The notes: generated by a model not told the origin, from the sequence alone. Shown: positions 10,754-22,307, counted from the stretch's first letter. The stretch: DNA of 64,000 nucleotides from Trypanosoma brucei (GCA_000002445.1 CP000070.1:448001-512000); one strand, 5' to 3'. Numbers and translations are program-made.

Positions 10754-12385
10754 ATGTTACAAGCGGCTGAGCAGAGAAACAGCTTGCGGCTCGCGAATGC
10801 CGTTGCCCTCGTTGCAGATGCTAGTGATCAACCAATAACCGAATACGTTGCCGAAAATGGTGGCGCGGCACCCCGGACTTCCAGCACTCTCACATTAGCG
10901 GAGCGGGCTATACGCAATATGGAGATTCGAGCTCTTTGTGAGGACAAAAACTACCAAAGAGTGAAGTTGACATCGTGTCGCGGATCAGTCGACTTGAAAT
11001 TATTCACCTGCATGACGTCGCTGCGCGACATTCATGTTGAGATGGACGGCGATATATGTAACATTCCTTCTCTTCAAGACCTCCCAGATATCAGGAGGAT
11101 ATATTTGAGTAGCAAAACGATGAACGACAGTGATGTGCGACCACTCTGCAACATTGAAACCCTGGAGGAAATTAACATTTGTAACTCCCCAAACGTTGTT
11201 AACCTTGGGAACGTGGGTCGGCTACCGCGCGTACATACGCTGATGGTGAATCGCACTGGCGTGATTGATGAATTCCTCTGCGGTCTCACTTTAAGCAACA
11301 CCTTGAGAAGGATTGATCTGTCTGAATGCCTGCGCCTCACAGACGTTGAGCCGTTGGCTAGCATTGAAACTTTGGAAGAAATTGACGTGAGCGGTTGCTT
11401 CCCTTGTGTGTGCGGGATTGGCGCCCTCGGTGCGCTGCCACGTTTGAAAATTCTCAATGCCAGCCTAACGGGAATCACTGATGAGTGCCTTGCAAGGCTT
11501 AGCGCAAGTCAGAGCCTCAAGAAACTTTTGCTCTCTAAATGTGAGCGGTTGACGAATGTGAGCCGTTTGGATACCGTTACTACCTTGCAAGAATTAGACC
11601 TGGCAGAATGTAAAAATGTGGTAAGTGGTATTGGTTCACTCGGTACACTTCCCGTCCTCCAGTGTCTTGATCTAAGCGGCACCGGGGTGGCCGATGATGA
11701 CTTGTGCGCATTAAGTTGTAGCGCGACTATCTCAAAATTGATAATGAAACGTTGCGTTCTGCTCACAAACGTTTCTCCACTTGAAAAGCTTCGCACACTG
11801 CAGCACGTAAACATTGGAGAATGCATCAACGTCATTGAAGGGTTGAATTCATTCAGTGAGCTCCCGTCGCTGAGAACGCTTTACATGCATTACACTCCCG
11901 TCACGAACGAATGCCTGAGCGTAATCAGCACATCACAAAGTATCGTAAGCCTCAATATAGCGGCGTGTACGCGGATAACGGATATCTCTTGCCTGGCTAA
12001 CTTGAAGACATTGGAGGATGTGAATATTAACATGTGCGAGAGTGTCGAGAAGGGGCTGGGCGATATCAGCGGACTCTCAAACCTTCGAATGCTGAGCGCT
12101 CGCTCCACAGTACTTGACGATGAGTGCGTAAAGATAATGAGCAGTTCCTCCAACCTCGAAAGAAGCTCGCTGGAAGGATGCGCAAAAATTACGGATGTGA
12201 CTCCCCTTGCAGCGGTAAAGTCACTTGAGTATGTAAATCTTGATAATTGCCCAGTGGTGAAGGGCATTGCAGAGCTCGGCAAGCTGCCGCTGCTGCGGGT
12301 GATTTCCCTCCGCGAAACAAACATCTGCGAGGAAGATATTAAGAACCTGAAAAAGTTTAATCGACGATTATATATTGAGAGATGA
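10754..12385 (+). CDS. leucine-rich repeat protein (ESAG8-like / LRRP1-type), about 16 consecutive ~24-residue LRRs
   Basis: Repeated L..L..L.LS.C..ITD/V..L units throughout. The track ORF starts at a TTG (10637) inside a poly-T tract; the first in-frame ATG is 10754 (MLQAAEQ...). Confidence 0.8.
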   Translation: MLQAAEQRNSLRLANAVALVADASDQPITEYVAENGGAAPRTSSTLTLAERAIRNMEIRALCEDKNYQRVKLTSCRGSVDLKLFTCMTSLRDIHVEMDGDICNIPSLQDLPDIRRIYLSSKTMNDSDVRPLCNIETLEEINICNSPNVVNLGNVGRLPRVHTLMVNRTGVIDEFLCGLTLSNTLRRIDLSECLRLTDVEPLASIETLEEIDVSGCFPCVCGIGALGALPRLKILNASLTGITDECLARLSASQSLKKLLLSKCERLTNVSRLDTVTTLQELDLAECKNVVSGIGSLGTLPVLQCLDLSGTGVADDDLCALSCSATISKLIMKRCVLLTNVSPLEKLRTLQHVNIGECINVIEGLNSFSELPSLRTLYMHYTPVTNECLSVISTSQSIVSLNIAACTRITDISCLANLKTLEDVNINMCESVEKGLGDISGLSNLRMLSARSTVLDDECVKIMSSSSNLERSSLEGCAKITDVTPLAAVKSLEYVNLDNCPVVKGIAELGKLPLLRVISLRETNICEEDIKNLKKFNRRLYIER

Positions 12386-13661
12386 TGAAGGTTTGTGGGA
12401 TGCGTGGGCAGAGCATGAAGGGCGCAGTGCAGCTGCTTCGTCTCAGCGAGCTCCTCTCTTTGCTTTGATACGTCGCAGCGCTATATCGCCCTACCTCTTT
12501 TTAGTTTTTATTTTTCTTCACTTCTCCGGGTTTGCGTTGGATGCAGTATAGTTGGGTGGAGCGCGGTGATGGGCCCATCACAGTGCAATATGTACAGTCA
12601 CTGAATGTAAATTTTTTCCCGTTTTTTTTTTCTTTTGGTGCTATTGTGAGTGGACGAAATGATGCAATTTGAATTATATATGTAGACGGGAGGTCAGTTG
12701 TTACGGACGGGCAGCTCCTGAAGTAACGGGTGGGGGAACCACCTGACAACAGGAAGGGCAAAAAGGAGAGAACAATGTGTGAGGTTGATTTTGTAATTTT
12801 TTTTTAAAAAAAATTTCGTTACTGCACACCAAATCAACCATAAAGTGTGGATTACGTATTACACTGTTTCCTTGAATGTATCTTCACGTATTATTATTAT
12901 TATTATTATTGCCGCTGCCTCCCGTAATAGGGGGCTGATCCACAATGTTTTTTCCTTTCCACCACTTTCCTTTTCCAAGACAGGAAACACTCAAAGGGGG
13001 GACTAACCCGCACTCCGATATTCTTTAGACGGTTTGACAGGGAAACAAGGGGGAAATTGTGAAGTTCGGCCCGTCCTTTTCATCAAGTAACTCATAAGCA
13101 AAAAAAAAAAGATAAAAAGAAATGCTCAACCCCGTGACAGCGTAACTGCAGCTTGGAGTTTATGGAATCCAACCAGTGAGGTAACGAAGGCTTCGCGGCA
13201 GTTAAGTGAAATCGGCTGCCATGGGGGTGGGGGACAAGCGTTACTTCAATTGCTTTACATGAAATAATTGCCCTCCTTTTTTTGTCCCCGTGTTGGGTGC
13301 CCACTGAAAGATATCGGGGCCGTTGAAAAACCATTCATGCTGGTCGGCGATAGAAAACGTGTTGGTTGTGCAGTGTATTAGATGTGAAATGAAAATAACT
13401 GGTGTATGAGAGTTTGGTCCCACGAGTAAATTTAAAAGGATGCGATAAATGTACACTGCGGATAATTATAGTACGAAATAAGTATGCGTAGGGAGTTGCT
13501 TCCCCTTTTGAAGCCATTGTTGAGATGGGATTTTGAAACTTCTCCCTTTACCGTTAGTAACGCGCTCACTTTTTTCTTTTTCTTTTTTTTTTATCGTTTC
13601 CATTCGCAACCTTGTCATCCGATTTTTTTCTTCTCGTAGCTTGCATGGTGTCTGTTAGAGG

Positions 13662-14993
13662 ATGGTTACCCTACGGATGGCCGCTCGTAGACGCGGTTTG
13701 CATGCCAAGAGAAATTGGCACGTGAGCGTTTTCTTATTTCTTGGACTCACCTTCCTCGTAGCTCTCTTCGCGCTGTTGAGCTTGATTACGGGAAAGGGCA
13801 GCGACAATAGCGACCTGCCTAAGAGCACGACAGGACTCTGCGACACTCCATTGATGTACGACATTCTGCTTGACGCTGGTAGTACAGGAACCAGAGTGCA
13901 CATTTTTGAGTACAATAAGTGGCGTCTCGTGGGGGAGGTGTACAACAGCACCCATCCAGGCCTTTCACAGCTCGCTAGTGATGACTCCGCTAACATATCT
14001 GCAAACCTTCAGCCGCTAATGGCAACGGCAGTACGTGCAATCCCTGAAGTTTATCATCCGTGTACAAAAGTGACGCTAAAGGCAACGGCCGGCTTACGTC
14101 TTCTTCCTCCTGAAAAAGTCGAATTCATCCTCCGCGAGACGAAGAAGGTGCTGCGGCGATATCCGTTCGTGGTGGGTTCAGTTTCCGTCATGGATGGTGA
14201 TGAAGAGGGCATGGACGCGTGGCTTACGGTGGCGTACCTACTCGGGCGTTTCGATAGGTCAGCGGAGGGGACCCCAAATTCTACGGCAAAACGAATTGCA
14301 ACCATTGATATGGGTGGCGCCTCTACACAGCTTGTGCTTCAAATGTCGCCAGGTTACACCGGCGAAACACAGTTCATAACCTCCCTGCATTTTGGTGTTA
14401 CGGAGATTCCGTTATACACTTACAGTTTTCTGGGGTTGGGTCTTAGACAGGCCACACTCGAGGTGCTGAGAGAATTGACAGCGGTCGAGCGGACGTCATT
14501 CCCATGTTTTCCATCACGGTACCGGCATCGTATTGATGGTGAGGGAGGGGTTAGTTTTGTAGAAAATATTGATGGCAACGCGCAGGGATTTGGCGCATGC
14601 CTCCGCTTTTTCCATCGTTTTATAAATACACGCTCTTCGGAACACTTGGCGGCTCTCCGGGGCGGCCGACACGTATTGAAATTTGCTGAAGGAGCTCAAT
14701 CGGTTGAGATATTCGCCTTTTCCTTCTTCCATCGCTTATGGCGACTTCGACCAGCAGACAATGTAACCGTTCAGTACTATAAGGAATTGGGCGAACAAGT
14801 GTGTTCCGCAGGTGGGAAGCACAACAGCGGGACGAACTGCATGGACGTTGCCTATTTATATGGTTTCCTCACGTCAGGGCTTGGTTTGTCTGACAAAACG
14901 AAACTGAACGTCCCCTACGTTCTGAGCGACGTGAAGGTTACGTGGGCTCTGGGCGCGTCTCTGCTATCAGTGGAGGGGAAGGTGCGGCGTTAG
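13662..14993 (+). CDS. GDA1/CD39-family nucleoside tri/diphosphatase (NTPDase/apyrase) with an N-terminal signal-anchor helix
   Basis: Apyrase conserved regions: ILLDAGSTGTRVHIF (ACR1), LKATAGLRLL (ACR2), IDMGGASTQL (ACR4). Hydrophobic segment at residues ~20-43. Confidence 0.85.
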   Translation: MVTLRMAARRRGLHAKRNWHVSVFLFLGLTFLVALFALLSLITGKGSDNSDLPKSTTGLCDTPLMYDILLDAGSTGTRVHIFEYNKWRLVGEVYNSTHPGLSQLASDDSANISANLQPLMATAVRAIPEVYHPCTKVTLKATAGLRLLPPEKVEFILRETKKVLRRYPFVVGSVSVMDGDEEGMDAWLTVAYLLGRFDRSAEGTPNSTAKRIATIDMGGASTQLVLQMSPGYTGETQFITSLHFGVTEIPLYTYSFLGLGLRQATLEVLRELTAVERTSFPCFPSRYRHRIDGEGGVSFVENIDGNAQGFGACLRFFHRFINTRSSEHLAALRGGRHVLKFAEGAQSVEIFAFSFFHRLWRLRPADNVTVQYYKELGEQVCSAGGKHNSGTNCMDVAYLYGFLTSGLGLSDKTKLNVPYVLSDVKVTWALGASLLSVEGKVRR

Positions 14994-17011
14994 AACATAA
15001 AATTTGCACGGCTTTTACTCAGTATGAGTGCTGCATCCACATAAAGATTTTTTTCTTTGATTTTTCTCTCTTTTTTTTTTTTTTTGGCCGCCTCCAGTCT
15101 GCTTGACCATTTGTTGGTACCTTTTTTTAGTGTCGATGCTCAGTCACACGCGCAAAGTTTACTGAGTTAAAATGAAGACACGAGTGACTCACCGCTTCTT
15201 GCACTTTGGCTCCCACTTGCCGCCTACGTGCATATACCACTAAAAGATATTCGGTTGGCACATGTGATTAAGAGAAGACAAAATCAAACCGTCTTTCAAT
15301 CGGTTTGTACCACCATAACTGGAGTGTGGAACATTCGCGCAACCTTGCGTAGAGCAGTCGGAATTTAGCGACTGATCTTCTTACCTTTTATCCTCCATTT
15401 CTTCCCATTTCCTTCAAAAGTAAGGAGGTGTCAATGGACTAGCGACTGCCAAGTTGTTGGAACATAGGCATAACGGGATATGGCGGCTCCCTCTCCGTGC
15501 AGTCACAGGTGTGAAATGTTGGCAACACTCGTCAATGATACTCCCGTCCCCATAAACAATTTTTTTTACGTCGTTTAACCAAACAACACTTGTGAAGAGA
15601 GCAGATGAGGTAGCAGAACCGTGCTCTCTGCAAGGGAGGGGGCCGTTGCCTCTTGAAAACGAAACAAGTGACTGGCTTCTAACTTATGAGTGCTAGCATG
15701 GAAGGTTGGTACCAGGGACACCTGATTTCATGGTCATGCCACGAAGTGAGTAAGCCAGAGTTGACAGTTTAGAGTGGGGGGGGGGGATAATTCTAAATTC
15801 ACCCAACTGGCACGGGTCACCGACAATCGAAACCTGATAATAGAGAAAGAGACCCACAGTTCCATAAGGCACGACTTTCCCATCGCTTGAGGGTTGGGGA
15901 TGTGACTTGGGCCTTCTTAGACGAATGCTTGCGAAGGGGGTGCCTTTTCACGAACATCCGTTTCCCGCAGCATTTGGGGTCCTAGTTCGCCAGTGATATA
16001 GTAAATATGTCCTCTTAATACGCCTTCCTCACGCAATGGACAATATACACCACCGCCCCGCTTCGCGCAAAAACGGTTTTCTGCTTTCCGAGGTCTTTTC
16101 GTCATTCACAGCATTTCTCGTGAACGGCGTCCACTTCAACGTGACGGTGCGGTTCCCTGCCCCCTCTTGTCGTGGGAAGCCGGAAGCAGCCCGCATTTTC
16201 CACGTGAAAAACAACAGCATTGCGTGTGAGCCCCCAATGCCGTCATACGGCACAGGGAGGCAGCTGCATCATGGCGCGGTACCGTTCCCTGTCGGTTCCA
16301 CGTCACACTCCATCATGTTATTGCCCGGCCGTTGTGGAAATTGGTTTTTTTTTCACCCACAACTCCAAACTGGAGAAGGCCCCCCAACCTCGTCCTTCAG
16401 AATCATTTCCTCGGCCTCTAAAATAAGCACTTCCTCCTTAGCCCCCTCACAGCGGTACATTACATCAGGCAACTCAACAGTTATTGGAGGTCCAACTGCA
16501 ACTTGTTGAGGACGCTTTTGCTCTCATAAAGTTGCTGCTTCCACGTTATATTATTTTCACAAAAGTTCTCAGAACCGCATCGGCAGCAATACCCCCACAC
16601 ACACTACGTCAGTAAAAGCTGACCCGCCAGCACCCTTACAAACTTCGCCACAATTTTCCTGCTAAATAATGGTCCTCTTTCAAGTTTCTTCGCATCTTGG
16701 CGAGAGTTTCTCGGACAAACTGCCACAAACTACAAGGGATGTTTCCATCCTACTGCTGATGACGTATGGCAAAAAACCTTTGTCACAAGTACCGTATACC
16801 TCCGCCCAACTTTATTTCGCCTTCTCCCCTTTAGCACTGTCACAGTAAGTGTCCTCTTCAGAAAGGAATTGGACAAAACTCATTACACGCAATTCAAGCA
16901 TACAAAATAATCAGACACAACCTTATTGATGGTACTGGCACTCCCCATCAATACCTTCCCCCTTTCCATGACTAACGAGAGGCCCTTCCCCCACACCACC
17001 AACTACACCTT
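14994..17011. promoter_or_regulatory. convergent strand-switch / transcription-termination region between the '+' gene cluster and the '-' strand tandem array
   Basis: All genes to the left are on '+' and all array genes on '-'. The 2 kb between them has no credible ORF and no tRNA B-box, and it contains a G11 tract at 15776-15786. That it functions as a Pol II termination zone is inferred from trypanosomatid genome organisation. Confidence 0.4.
15776..15786. repeat. G11 homopolymer tract (a second G11 lies at 6599-6609, just 3' of the kinase stop codon)
   Basis: Direct read: agagtgggggggggggataatt, and gtggtgggggggggggtaccc. Confidence 0.9.
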
Positions 17012-17662
17012 ATCAATCCACAATACAAATCATACGTTGAACAGAAACTAAAACATTAAATACTAAATATAAATACATGGGGAAGTGATGTAAACTATAA
17101 GAGGGTTTATGTACGTCAAGGAAGTTTCATTAGAATACAATAATAGTTTTGAATTTTATTAAACAACTTAAAGCTTAACCACATGTGTGGAAACAACAAT
17201 CACTTCACTATAGCATTTGTAGATTAGTGATTGTTACTGAAATAAATGAAAAAAACAAATGAAGTAAATATGGCAAGCACTGCATCCCATATTCTGTATT
17301 CATCACTGTGTGCTGACGCGTTTGAGTAGCTTTGCCCATTGACAGAAAAAAAAATAATAAATAAATGAAATCTCTTCTTGCATCTTGCACAAGTGTATTT
17401 CAACAGAACAAAGACGTAAAAGAAATTTTATGCTTAATATATTTACTCATTTATTTGAAGGAAAGGTACAATGGCCAAAAAACTATAAAGGTGCATGTGA
17501 GTTATACTTCATTGTCAGATAAAGTTAACTTCACAACCCTCCTGAAACACAAAAGGAAAATTAAAAGAATTACAATGAAGAAACAGAAGGAATACAATAT
17601 GTTTTTGCCAACCTCTAACATGTTATATGTAAAAGTGACGAAATGGTCTTCACAATAGGATG

Positions 17663-19735
17663 CTACTCATGACCTCGTTTCCGTGTGAATGCTGGTGCAT
17701 CTCGATATTTTCTCTCTTCATGATACGCTATTATAAGCTCTTTCTGTATCTTGTTATCAAATGTTATTTGATACTGGTCAATACCATCCCAAAATACTTG
17801 TGTTTCCTCAGTTTGTTGCTCAGCATCAGCGGTGTTGTTGTTCACACATCGTTGCCGCGTCTTAATCACACCACCATAAATAGCATTAACATATATCATC
17901 TCCCATGCCATGTTACGAGAAAAGGTATCCCAATCGGAAAAATACCTTGCAATGTTTGTCATAAATTCCTGTAACTCTGAAACACTTGCTTCTTTCCTGT
18001 AATTATCTGTTATTTGAATAAGCACAATAGTCTTTGAGGCAACTCCCAGTTGTGGAAAACCATCCCTCATATCCGCAACCCTTCTAGAGCAATCTTCCAC
18101 AAAGAAAAAGCCATCCACAAAAAGCTTACTCTTTTCCAATGACCTGTAGAGCACTTTGTATTTACAGTTTCCAATTGCATTCTGTCCAGCTTCTGGTAAG
18201 AACTTTTGTTCAAAAATTTGAAACTGTTGTGGGGTCATATCTTTCAGGATGCTACGCTTGTCTTCCGTCTCTCCGAGTCTTCGGAGGTAGTTCAAATGTT
18301 TTGTGACCACACAAAAGACTCTAGGAAAGAGAAGTGAAACCAAAGCCCTTGTTTTAAGCGAGTAGGCTCCGACCTTACCGTATTCCATCATGAATTCATG
18401 GGATGACATACTTTCCGCAACATCTGCAAACAGCGTACAGAGTATCATATTCCCAATGGCAACTGATAGAGGTCTACAGTGGTATGATTCGAGGTTGCCA
18501 TATCTGCTCCTCTCCCGTACAATCTTTATTAACGATTCTGTGAAATGATTACCTTTCCATTCAAAATATTTTCCCATCATCATATCATAGCCATCTCGTC
18601 TATTACAACTGAGACTGCTTAGATACTCTATTACTGCCGCCTCACGACAGCCAGCTCCATTACTGAAAACATAACGAGGCAGCGGCCCCACAAAGTCAAC
18701 ACGTCTCTCCACCAACCTCCACTCATCCTCTAGCTCTTCCTTAACCTTCAAACGAGCATTTTCATCGAGAGTCGTATAGTTGGGAAATAGGGACAGTTTC
18801 TTCCAAGCCACAAACGCCTTAATGTCACGTACGTCATCGCAGTTTAAAATTATCCTTGTTTGTTCCAGGTTCTTCATCCAGTACTTGTAGCGAACTCCAT
18901 CTGGGGGTGCGAGGACAGTCACACCCCAAACATTTCTTGGGATCTCATAAGGCAGAGTTTCCTTACGACTATTAATATCAAAAATAATATGCCCTCTTTT
19001 TTTTAGACGCATTTCTTCAATAACATTAGTGACGTCTTCTCTCTTGTGCAATACAACCCTCCCTTCCTCATTCCCCTTCTTGTTGTATATAAGGTAAGCG
19101 TCCACATCCGTGAAATACACAACGACATCAAGCATTCCTTCATGGAAGTGAAGTAGGGAATGAAGTAAAAATGATCCAACTCCACATGATTTTCCAATAC
19201 CAGATATACCAATGACAATGTGTGTTGGTGGTGTGCTCTCTGTCTTTTCCACCCACCATGCATTTAATTTTCGTTGTATTATATACCACACACGCATCAT
19301 TTCACGACGGACGTAAATATGACCTCCATTTCCCCCATATAAACTAATGAGAGAACATTGAAATCTATCTGAGGGCCAACCCATCTTTGATGTAAGGACA
19401 AAGATCTCCAGGCCAGTGGGTCTCTCCTCAAGTTCCGCATCAACTTCACAATGTTCAGGAGTTATATCCACTTCTTCTTCCGTCCATATGTGTTGTGGTC
19501 TTCCAAAGAATACCTTCATACCGAGTGGCTCTTGATTATAACCTGACATCACATAACTCCACTTCGCATAATACAGAGACTCATATAACTCCTCTTCACG
19601 AGATTTCCTTTTTCCAGTTACCGATGGATTCTGCATCTGTCGTCCACCTTGTTCCTGCACTTCACCTTGTGCACGATTAAACCGTTCGTTAAACACATTC
19701 TGAGTATTTCTCATATTGCCGTTGTTTTGAATCAT
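17663..19735 (-). CDS. array copy 1: RHS-like P-loop NTPase, 690 aa, core type A
   Basis: ATG at 19735-19733 (minus), TAG stop at 17663-17665. Walker A IVIGISGIGKSCG. Q/N/E-rich N-terminus. Family assignment to trypanosome RHS proteins is an inference from size, P-loop and arrayed multigene nature. Confidence 0.6.
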   Translation of the reverse strand: MIQNNGNMRNTQNVFNERFNRAQGEVQEQGGRQMQNPSVTGKRKSREEELYESLYYAKWSYVMSGYNQEPLGMKVFFGRPQHIWTEEEVDITPEHCEVDAELEERPTGLEIFVLTSKMGWPSDRFQCSLISLYGGNGGHIYVRREMMRVWYIIQRKLNAWWVEKTESTPPTHIVIGISGIGKSCGVGSFLLHSLLHFHEGMLDVVVYFTDVDAYLIYNKKGNEEGRVVLHKREDVTNVIEEMRLKKRGHIIFDINSRKETLPYEIPRNVWGVTVLAPPDGVRYKYWMKNLEQTRIILNCDDVRDIKAFVAWKKLSLFPNYTTLDENARLKVKEELEDEWRLVERRVDFVGPLPRYVFSNGAGCREAAVIEYLSSLSCNRRDGYDMMMGKYFEWKGNHFTESLIKIVRERSRYGNLESYHCRPLSVAIGNMILCTLFADVAESMSSHEFMMEYGKVGAYSLKTRALVSLLFPRVFCVVTKHLNYLRRLGETEDKRSILKDMTPQQFQIFEQKFLPEAGQNAIGNCKYKVLYRSLEKSKLFVDGFFFVEDCSRRVADMRDGFPQLGVASKTIVLIQITDNYRKEASVSELQEFMTNIARYFSDWDTFSRNMAWEMIYVNAIYGGVIKTRQRCVNNNTADAEQQTEETQVFWDGIDQYQITFDNKIQKELIIAYHEERKYRDAPAFTRKRGHE

Positions 19736-22268
19736 TCCTATCTCAAAATAATAACTTTAAATAGGTAATATTGTGTTACTTTCTGCACATATATGTGTTT
19801 GTGTGTGTTAAATCAAATAGTAAAATGAAGGGAATGATGTGTACACACTATCAAGCAACACATATATACAGTTCATGAATATCATAAACTAACAGAACAA
19901 ATCATAACCCCTCCTTACAGTTAAACCCCTTAACAACCCCTTGCATATATTGAATAGTGATGTTCAATCAATTAAATATTCTGTATGAAAGCATGAGTAA
20001 TAAGATTTTTAGATATGAGAGATAACAAACACGAAATCCTAAGTGAAGAATACTACTATTTCATATAATATAATATGTATGCATATAGTATAATATGTCA
20101 TACTTTTTGAAATAATAAACAATAGTATTAATAATGAGATAAACAGAATTTACAATAATAGATTATACATTGCACACGTAATAATGAGGACAACGTATGT
20201 CACAAAGGTTCTTAATTATAACATCGAAAGAACATTAACTCAAAGCATCAGCATATACTGCACATACAAACTGTTATTCATTATAACATCTTGGCTCCAT
20301 TTCACAGCATAGACGACAATGTTTGAGTGTAAACCGTAACATACAAAACCCAACACAAATATCTTCTGTACTGTCAAATATTGGGATGGTATCTCATCTC
20401 ATTATTAAACACTTTCAACATTATCTTGTTGTCTCCTTGTTTGGGAACTCTCATCTGTGACACTAAGGAATATGTGAAGATATTAAGATCATTTATTTTT
20501 TTATTTCCTAGTTGCATTTGCAATTGTTCACGTATTCTTTCAGTACACGCAAAAAAATTGAAAGTTTAAGGAAAATTGAATTATGAGAATAAGGAAACAA
20601 AGGATAAATTTTCTGTGAACAATAAAATATTATATAATATCTCAAATCTTCTGCAGTGATTCACCACATGTGGAAAATATATGCAATAGTTACATAACAC
20701 TGACAACACTGAATAAAGGAATATATTCAATATACTCAATATAGTCAATATATTTAATGCAAATATTACATGGAATATAAGAAATGTAAGGAATCAAAGG
20801 AATATAAAAAATAAAATGTAATGGAGAATGATGAAAACTTAAGATACATCTATGTGAGCATAGCGTTGTGTGAGTAGAAATCATGTGCATATTTTATCTT
20901 AATCTTTCCCTATATTGTACTCACTCACTCGTAAAATTTAATCATGGAAATAAAGTTTAGGGAATAGTAAAGTTGTTCTTCCACTCGCATCAAGACACAA
21001 ATACCTGCTTTCTGTCATTGGAAATCATGTGTCTTTATTAAATTGTAGTATCCAATAATGAAAAAGAAGTACTCTATTACTATATCACTCATCATTTCCT
21101 ACATCCCTAAATATATCGCATATTGTCACTATACATATTCTTTTTCTTTTTCATATACCATACAACAATCATATATTATTTACTTCCTTTCTTTAACCTG
21201 ATGTTGTAATGTTCCTTTTGGAAGATACAAATAAATAATTGTACAAATATTAACACAAGAGTAATAATAGAAGAAAAGAATTACCTTAAGGAAACTACAT
21301 GGAACTTCCATTATATAAGATACTACACTTCATATAAGGGGGAAATACGTAACAGTGGTTGTATCTTTTATTTGTCCTCAGTGTATCGGCAATCCTTCAG
21401 TAGACACTGCTTTGCAACTGATTTCTTTTATGGATTAAGTTAGTCAGCAGTGTTGAGACAGGTTCCCCCGCATAAGGAGTGAAGAAACAAAACAATATTC
21501 CTACCTTCTAACCTATTGAACAAGAATGTCTCAAACAATATCATTTGTCCCTATTTATTTCTGCAGATGCAAATGCTATTGATGGGTGAGATACATCTAA
21601 ACAGCAACGGATATAACTATACTCATACAGTGTTTCTTTGATTTCTTCTCGTCACCACAGTTGTGTTGGGTTACAAATATATACACAGCACTCCACTTTG
21701 TGGCTATAAGTCTCTTTAATATTTGAATGAAATCCTGCTTATCGCTACTGCAATATTTCACACTCTGTGAGGGACACTGATATTTGCTTCTTTCGTCCAT
21801 TTCATATTTTGATAGTTATGTAAATATCTTATGTGCAATCCATCTCCTTTCCAAAATAAATAAAAAGAAAGATAAAAGCATAAGCAATTATCGACATAAA
21901 AACTGGAATGAGTCTCTCGGTTACACGTCGCACGCTTCTAACATATAGACACGCTGCATGTAACCTATTTTTGTTGTTTCATGCATGTGTCAGTATGATA
22001 AAATGAAAATAGTCTCATGTTTCTCCTTGTGCTTTTGTATTGCATAAACTACTGGACTCGTCATCTCTTCCACCTATTCATCACACAGGAGTTGTTCACT
22101 TGCTTTACATATAGCATATAGTAAAAATACAAAATATCAAATTATTAAATTAATACTTCACTATAAGCAATAAAGCTTACTTGATTTTGTTTATTTCATT
22201 TATATCTGAGTTGAATTACATATGTTAATGAAATTATTCCACTACTCAAAGATACAAACACTTTATTG

Positions 22269-22307
<39 letters not shown>
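22269..22307. repeat. compound (TA)n(GA)n microsatellite present once per array unit, length-variable between units (e.g. 27848-27900 is about 14 bp longer)
   Basis: Direct read: atatatatatatatatatagagagagagagagagaatgg. Found at the equivalent position in every unit with different repeat counts. Confidence 0.9.

Noticed and set aside
16036-16509. 157-aa '+' ORF in the strand-switch region
   Set aside because: It has no domain motif and is Ser/Pro/Thr-rich low complexity. It lies in the gap between convergent transcription units and is isolated from the gene cluster's spacing pattern. Probably non-coding.
15000-17011. tRNA or snRNA gene expected at a convergent strand-switch region
   Set aside because: I scanned for B-box-like GGTTCGANTCC and cloverleaf-compatible segments and found none. 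I cannot exclude a divergent small RNA without a covariance-model search.
17365-17658. 97-aa K-rich '+' ORF (MKSLLASCTSVFQQNKDVKEIL...) in each unit's 3' flank, plus 60-67-aa minus-strand ORFs in the spacers (MDERSKYQC..., MYCRVHHMEG..., MHMISTHTTL..., MGWYLISLL...)
   Set aside because: These are short and sit in very AT-rich sequence. Lys/Ile/Tyr/Asn-rich composition is what random A/T-rich DNA produces. Their recurrence reflects repeat identity, not selection, and there are no domain motifs.
17660-17974. 104-aa '+' strand ORF (MLLMTSFPCECWCISIFSLFMIRYYKLF...) conserved in every array unit (also 23244, 28835, 34411, 39999, 45610, 51212, 56794, 62370)
   Set aside because: It lies antisense to, and fully overlapping, the 3' end of the 690-aa gene. 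It is hydrophobic and low-complexity, and its conservation is explained by near-identity of the repeat units. It is not a separate gene.
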